From the NCBI RefSeq assembly GCF_001949145.1, contig NW_019091356.1, forward strand, positions 1,925,667 to 1,989,666: a stretch of DNA of 64,000 nucleotides, written 5' to 3'. The notes under the pieces are model-generated. The model worked only from the letters and a program-made list of their open reading frames with translations. It searched no databases and was not told the origin of the DNA. This DNA comes from Acanthaster planci (taxonomy: Eukaryota). Shown here piece by piece: positions 58,101 to 64,000 of this stretch (position 1 is its first letter; every line of letters starts with the position of its first letter). Position numbers and translations under genes: made by a program.

Positions 58101-60485
58101 AAAACTGTGAAGTCATATGTACAGCTAGGAGTTTCCTATTAGTGATGTGATTCCGATAAGGGGGTTAAGTATATATAACAGGTTTTGCCCAACATATATT
58201 AATAAGCACTGTATGCTCAGTGCTTGTCCGAGAGCTTGCGAAAAAAAACCTCATAAGCTTACTCGGATGGGATTCAAACCCACGACCTCCTGCTTACTAG
58301 TGCNNNNNNNNNNNNNNNNNNNNNNNNNNNNNNNNNNNNNNNNNNNNNNNNNNNNNNNNNNNNNNNNNNNNNNNNNNNNNNNNNNNNNNNNNNNNNNNNN
58401 NNNNNNTTCAAGATGTATTTTTGCATTGGGGAGATGTTAATTACATGTAACAGGTTATATATAATTAACATCTCCCCAACGCAGAAATACATCTTGAAGA
58501 GGGTTAAGGTTAAAATATTTCTGTTTGAATTTGGTTAGTTTGGCATCCTATTGACAAGGGATGTTACGAGGGGGAAACGTGAAAAGGTCTTTTAAAGACC
58601 TGCAATTGAAAAGGGGCTCAGGAAACTTTTGAATTCATTTTGTGAGGTTGGCTTACTTTTTTTTCTGATTGCTTGCATGCTTGAAGCATTCAACGGTTGT
58701 GTACAAGAAATATTTATGTGCTATAAACTCAAAGATTTAAAAAACACGATATCCCTGTAACCCAGTTTTACAACTCAAAAAACAAAATCTGTACTAAAAA
58801 CTTTCAAATCCGGGTGAAGGATCCGTGTTTCCTTGTAACACAAATCGCATCGCATCAGTGTTCCTGTTACCTGAAGAAAAATGTTGCACTCTCATATTTC
58901 GACAGAAACTGTTGCGTCGTTTATTTACTATAGCATGCCTGTGTTTCCTTTTGCTCTGATCATGCCGTCCTCTTGTCCTGTTTGCCTATTGTCTGAACAG
59001 GAAGCTTGGCCGAAATCAGGAAGCTGAGGGAGTTCCTATGACCGATAAAGCCACAGGTAACCGACCGGACTTGCTGTCTTCCCGTTGGGCCCCTGGGGTC
59101 TAATTACCGCACGTAATGCACCGAATGTCTGGGTTGCTATACCATCTGCATTGAGTGATGAGACACAGTATGGCACCAGAGTTCTGCAACCGTTGACCTC
59201 AGTGCCCAGCTGACCCCAAAAGGGCAGACCCGGATGCTGATTAGAATTTGTTTATGAATGCACAATGCAAAGGGTCTAGTAAAATCTGTTTGTGAAAAAA
59301 AATCTTCAAGAAAAGTGAAGTGTTTCTTCTTCATGTGGTGACGAGAAGTTGCTTTGGACTTGAAAGAGATTGTTTCAAATTTTTTTTGAGCAAATCAACT
59401 TTTTTTATTAACTCGCAGCTTAACATTTTTCCCCAAATCTTTAATTTGTAGGTAACACCTATGATGATGCGAGCAGTATGCCGATGCTTTCAGCTCAACA
59501 GTCGGCCACATCTTACAGACCTACAAGTGGTTATGAAGATGTGAGCGAACTTCACAAAGACATGCCAAACTTGCCCCGAGAGCATGTGGAGCCAAGTGAC
59601 ATCTCGCCCTATGCTGCCACCGGTAACGTCACTGTCCATGCTGAAAACGTACCCTCTGAATATTCATATGTCACCGTCAACGAATTAAATGTGTTGAAAG
59701 AGAAAGGGACGGGTAAGGGTGAGGAATCCTATGACAGGCTTGATTTTTTGCCCCGTGAGAGGTCTGTCCGTCGGCCAGTTGTCACTGATGGTATGTACGG
59801 CTCTCTTCAGGATGATGGCAGCTATGAAGATGCAAGCAGCTGTTCGTTCATGGGCCCTCCAGTCGGAAACCACCAAGATGCAATCAGCACGTCTTCCGGC
59901 TACGCAAAGATGAGCCCGTTACTCAACAACCGCAAGGCCTCCTCCCTGAAAAGCCCACGAAGGGAACTCCTCTCTGAAGTCCAGCGTAAAAGTTCTTCCT
60001 TGAAACTCCCAAGCACGGACGTGCAGCCCTCTAACCAGCCATACGAAAATGCATATGTGGGCTTCGACCCGAAGCGGTCGTCGCAAGACTGTAGCGAGTA
60101 TCCGGGGATGCCAGTTCCACCTCCGCCCGAGTCAGTTTCCAATCAGCCGAAGTCCAAGAGAGATAAGCTCTCTGGCAAGAATCCTAAGGGGGAGATCCCT
60201 CAATACGCCAAGCCCATGAAGCGAAAGAGCCAACAGGCAGACCAGCAGGAGGTCCCACACTATGCCAAACCCAACAAGCAGAAGAGCCAGGTCCCCCAAT
60301 ACGCCAAACCGAATAAGCCCACTTCCTCCAAAGGCTATCAGAACGGCAGCCCTGCCCAACCCAACATCCAGTTGGAACGCCCTCCCGAGGGAAGCCTAGG
60401 AAAGCCCTCCCCCGGGAGCAAGGTGGCAGCGGGCTACGCCCATTTGATGCATGCAGAAAGCCCCTCCCTAAATAACAGTAAATAG
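52139..60485 (+). CDS. Multiple EGF-like domain type I membrane receptor (MEGF10/11, SCARF, CED-1-like), ~767 aa
   Basis: Exons 52139-52236 (signal MAVLKSNEWLVAAEFVVLLSFVFA), 52792-52859, 53605-54093, 54668-55009, a candidate microexon 55329-55343, 56536-56737 (TM LVIATAAGAAGLLIVVVILIVCLV), 59001-59056 and 59452-60485. All GT-AG with consistent phases. EGF repeats include CRNGGTC..CQCLPEFWGVDC and [25 protein letters not shown]...CDPVTGHCLC. An assembly gap lies in intron 6. Confidence 0.85.
53605..54093 (+). CDS. EGF-repeat exon of the receptor
   Basis: tttcag|AA CTT GAG TGT ... GTT G|gtaag; several EGF cysteine patterns and a Pro/Thr linker. Confidence 0.9.
54668..55009 (+). CDS. EGF / laminin-type EGF exon of the receptor
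   Basis: ccag|AT TAC ACG ... ACA G|gtaaat; MEGF-type CPxGxFGxNC...CDPVTGxCxC repeat. Confidence 0.9.
56536..56737 (+). CDS. Transmembrane exon of the receptor
   Basis: gacag|GG AAT GAA ... ACA AG|gtgagt; hydrophobic segment of ~24 residues followed by RTRQK. Confidence 0.85.
57065..57572 (+). repeat. Dispersed repeat family, copy 3 (degenerate)
   Basis: CTCTTCTTCAGTGCATAAAACTG, GAGGGCGCTTTTGCTTTGATG, ACATTGAGGCT, ATGACATCATAGTGTTGCTCATGAATATG resemble copies 1 and 2. Confidence 0.65.
58245..58303 (-). repeat. tRNA-derived SINE fragment truncated by the assembly gap
   Basis: Plus strand GGATTCAAACCCACGACCTCCTGCTTACTAGTGC is the reverse complement of a B-box/T-arm region. Confidence 0.55.
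58304..58406. other. Assembly gap (103 N)
   Basis: Run of N. Confidence 0.99.
58407..58498. repeat. Near-perfect palindrome abutting the gap
   Basis: 37-bp arms TTCAAGATGTATTTTTGCATTGGGGAGATGTTAATTA / TAATTAACATCTCCCCAACGCAGAAATACATCTTGAA with two mismatches. Confidence 0.85.
59452..60485 (+). CDS. Cytoplasmic tail exon of the receptor (low complexity, Tyr-motif rich)
   Basis: ttgtag|GT AAC ACC TAT; continuous with the 335-aa ORF ending LNNSK*. Confidence 0.85.
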
Positions 60486-63262
60486 GACTACCTTCCAAAA
60501 TCTCGGGAATGGCAGCGTGATTTTGGACTGTGGCCAAGTCTAATAATTCTGATCAAGCTGGAAGTTGAGAACACCATACTTCTCAATCACTTTACAAGTT
60601 GTGAGCAACTTAGGATTTCAGACTGATCTGTGTCTTTAAGTTATGCGCAGGAATTGTGTCCTTGTACTAAGTAGGGACTCCGGTCACTTCAACACGGGAG
60701 AAAAATTGATAGGGAAAAATATTGACCAGGAAATACCAGGACGTTCAGGTTCATATACATTTGTGTGTGCTCGCCCATCCATCACCATCCAAGAATAATG
60801 CAAAAACTCTCCCACAAAGCTGACTAGCTCAAAAACAAAATTCCTTTCACAAAAAAATGCAGCAAAATGAAATTTGGGGTACAGGAAACGAGCATTTTCA
60901 ACCCAACACCGCTAACAGCAGGTAAATTTGATAAACCAGCTCTTAACTCCAGTGCTGAATTTGTACAAACTTGATTAAACCCCCATCTATTCTGCCAAAG
61001 TTAGGAAACGCGAAGTCTTTCAGAGTAAAACCGTTGCACATTCTGCATGAAATGGCCGGCCATTTTTAAAAAAATACTTTTGTAACGTCGAAAGTTTTAA
61101 TCCTTTGAGGATTTTGTTAGGCAGTCACTGTGTATATGTTATACTGCTTTCTTTCATGCAACGCCTATACAGGATGTTGGCTTGAACTGTAGTCGGACCA
61201 ACTACTTTTGAACGGTGCTTATTTAAAAATACTAAACGCCTTTCTCTCTCTTGCCAACATTATTTTAAGCATATATTTTTTGTTAATCTAGCACGTGCAC
61301 TTTTTTGCCGCCAAACCATTTTAAGATCATGGTGCTTTCAGTATTGTAACAGTACATATTCAAGCAACACTTTCGTCTGTGTTTAGTAGATCAATTTCAG
61401 AGGTACTTTATTGAAAAAAGTGAGTGAAATATTTAAATTGAAAGCAATAATGTCATATCAGTAATAGAATAGCTTAGATTTCAAAACAGTGTGCTACTCA
61501 TGTTTCTGTGGTATGTTCAGAGACCGAGTATTTTGCTGAGGCATTTTCAAATTTGTGCAAGTTAAACCTAATTTTCCAATGAATTCCGACGATCAATTTC
61601 CACAGGGATGCCAGACGCCAAGGTGTTATTTTTAAATTTTCAGAAAACCAGGTTACCAACTATCATATGCTTAGCATGTTGATTTCAACTGGTTCTCAGA
61701 ACTCCTTCACTCAGCAGAATAGGATAAGAGGCTTTCTGTTCAAGCCCCTCTGCGGAATTAGGTTAGATCTAAGTTTAACCATCCCTCCGTCGAATTTGTT
61801 CCCGCGCATGTTATGTAAAGCACTTGCTGCCTGTTTGGCAAGGTTAGTAAAGTTCATGAAACTTGTCAGCACCGAATCAACCTCTGGAGATTTTGCTGGC
61901 AGAAAGGTCGAGTCGAGACCCCGGCAGTCCATCTCACTGCCATGCAACTCACCAGGGATACATCATGTTGTGATCAGTTTGCCCCTATCGTGGTTCCGGT
62001 ATCTTCAACCAGAGCTGAAGTCAAGAGCGTCATAAGACAAGCCACAAGGAAACAGTGACAAAGGAATTCTTTCATTGAGATTCACTGGAGCAGCTTGTGG
62101 CTTGAATTCAGACTGGAGGTCTCGTGATTCTCTTGTGGGGTCTTAAGATGGTATTACTGTTCCAGTTTTGAATTAAGAGGTAATTTGTTCTATACAATTT
62201 TACGTAAAATAAATATCTTCCTGAAGTTAAAGAGACCAAAATTTTATTAATTTGCTATAACCAAGATTGTAGCAGTCCTTTATAGCAAGAGTTGCGTGAA
62301 TACTGAAAAAAGGAAGAATTTATTGCAACACTTCATTTCAAACTTAACCAAATTGTAGTTTTTAAATTTATACATATTTTGACCAAATAAGGCAGCTTCC
62401 AAATATAACTTAGTGTTATTTACTTGTTTATACACATTTATGCATATAATTGTACATTTCTTAAAACTATTTATACTGTCTTCACAGTAATTGCAATTTA
62501 GTTTAAATAAATTTTTTTTTAAATGTTCTCTAAGACAAATTCATGTTGGTAATTAACATTTGTACATGTATTTTGAGTGCATAAGTTTGAGCCCATTCCA
62601 ATTAGAAAGAGACAATTGGATAAAACGTTATCTTAGAAGCAAGTGCAACTGTACATCATTGTTAGACTAGAAACTGTGAAAACATCATTATAGATAATGC
62701 ATGGAAATAGTGCTTTGAAGATGGACAGTGCCATTGTAAACCGCAGTTTGCAAGGAATGCTTGATGTTGTATGTGTGGTTTTGTGTCATGTTAAAACAAT
62801 ATGCATTGTGAAACAAATACAAAAGACTACAGCAAAACAAGTTACAAATTAAATTGGTTTTTCGAGGTGGTTGGATTTCAAAGCATTGCATAGTTTTGTG
62901 TCTCTGTTTTCTTTTAATTTGCTAAACATGTTTGATTTGTTCAACGAGCAAATGCCAATTTTGGGTTGTATCAGAACTCAGCAGTGCATATTCACCTCAA
63001 CTATTGCATAGTAAATACAATGTCATTACATGTACAAGCTACAAGCAAATGGTAATGGTATTCATCTCAATCAAGTTCGGCAAAGTTCTTGCAGATTATT
63101 TCAGCTGTAGATGGCAAACGTCCGCGGCAAAGATCCATTATAACTGCACGGCAGGCTCTGTGGTAAGTTAACATGCGTGTCGCCTTACCATTAGACCCAA
63201 CTGCAGGTTCCCCACAGTGCTGAAGTTCAGCTGAACAGGGCGGAAGCATCATATCCCATGAC

Positions 63263-63461
63263 TCAATTTTTGCGATGTAAAAATTGCCCTGTGACGTCAA
63301 GTAGAAACGTCAATTTTTGCGATGTAAAAATTGCCCTGTGACGTCAAGTAGAAATGTCAATTTTTGCGATGTAAAAATTGCCCTGTGACTGCAAGTTGAA
63401 ACGTCAATTTTTGCGATGTAAAAATTGCCCTGTGACTGCAAGTAGAAACGTCAATTTTTGC
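63263..63461. repeat. 47-bp minisatellite, 4 full units plus a partial unit
   Basis: Unit TCAATTTTTGCGATGTAAAAATTGCCCTGTGAC(GT/TG)CAAGT(A/T)GAAA(C/T)G starting at 63263, 63310, 63357, 63404 and 63451 (partial). Confidence 0.95.
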
Positions 63462-64000
63462 AATGGCAGTCTTGCATAGGATTGAACACCTCTCGCACTC
63501 TTCCTTGCAGGGGTCATAAAAAGTACTGGGAGATGATTTTCGGGAGCGTTGAGAAGACTCGGAAGACGCTCTGGCCGCTCTGTGGTGAACCACAAGTGAC
63601 AACTAATCATTTGTCTGACGAAATGTGGTGTGTAGAATCCGAAATGGGGAGTTAACACCTTTTCAGGTAGGCTTCTGTTTAGAACTACTTGTCTTCGGCT
63701 CAATAGCGGGACCGGAGTGAAATTTCTGAGAAGGAGCCCGGGGGCATACGTTATTTTTCACAGGGGTATCGAAAGCAAATACAGAAGGGGCTCTGAATTA
63801 ACAAGGCAGTGCTTGGAAAGTAACGGCTGTGGCTGCAGATAAAATGTATGTCTATGAAGGCCACCGGCTGGCTTTGGGAGCCGCTGTCGGTAGATATGCA
63901 TGCTCCTAGTGTTGTAGTTGAGTCAATCGCAAGTCCTTTCACACGTCTCTTCGCAAGTTTGTCCGCAAGACCAGATATAAGTAACGGATAAGAGAGGGAC

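Noticed and set aside
63263..63461. CRISPR-like array (palindromic repeats at regular spacing)
   Set aside because: The intervening sequences are near-identical rather than unique spacers, no cas genes are present, and the context is eukaryotic.

Overview
Eukaryotic, intron-rich invertebrate genomic DNA with one 103-N assembly gap (58304-58406). A marine deuterostome such as an echinoderm is a plausible source, but that is inference. Four spliced genes were reconstructed by hand from GT-AG sites and codon phases. (1) The last three coding exons of WDR7/Rabconnectin-3beta (+, 302-3880); its last intron holds two in-frame candidate cassette exons and several TGCATG motifs. (2) A 14-exon, ~797-aa secreted protein with four C-type lectin domains and a C-terminal PAN/Apple-like domain (+, 9124-19016). 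(3) A 4-coding-exon, ~385-aa alpha-2,8-sialyltransferase most similar to ST8Sia III (-, 22573-40125) with a 14-kb intron. (4) An ~767-aa type I membrane receptor with multiple EGF repeats of MEGF10/SCARF/CED-1 type, a Cys-flanked RGD and a Tyr-motif-rich tail (+, 52139-60485). The rest is non-coding: short inverted-repeat elements (MITE-like), three copies of a dispersed repeat (one interrupted by a MITE), tRNA-derived elements, a probable decayed Harbinger transposase and a 47-bp minisatellite. The main findings are the WDR7-ST8SIA3 linkage, which matches human 18q21, an acidic PSTD-equivalent segment in the sialyltransferase, the WDR7 cassette exons and the RGD/YAKP receptor. No prokaryotic or CRISPR system is supported.
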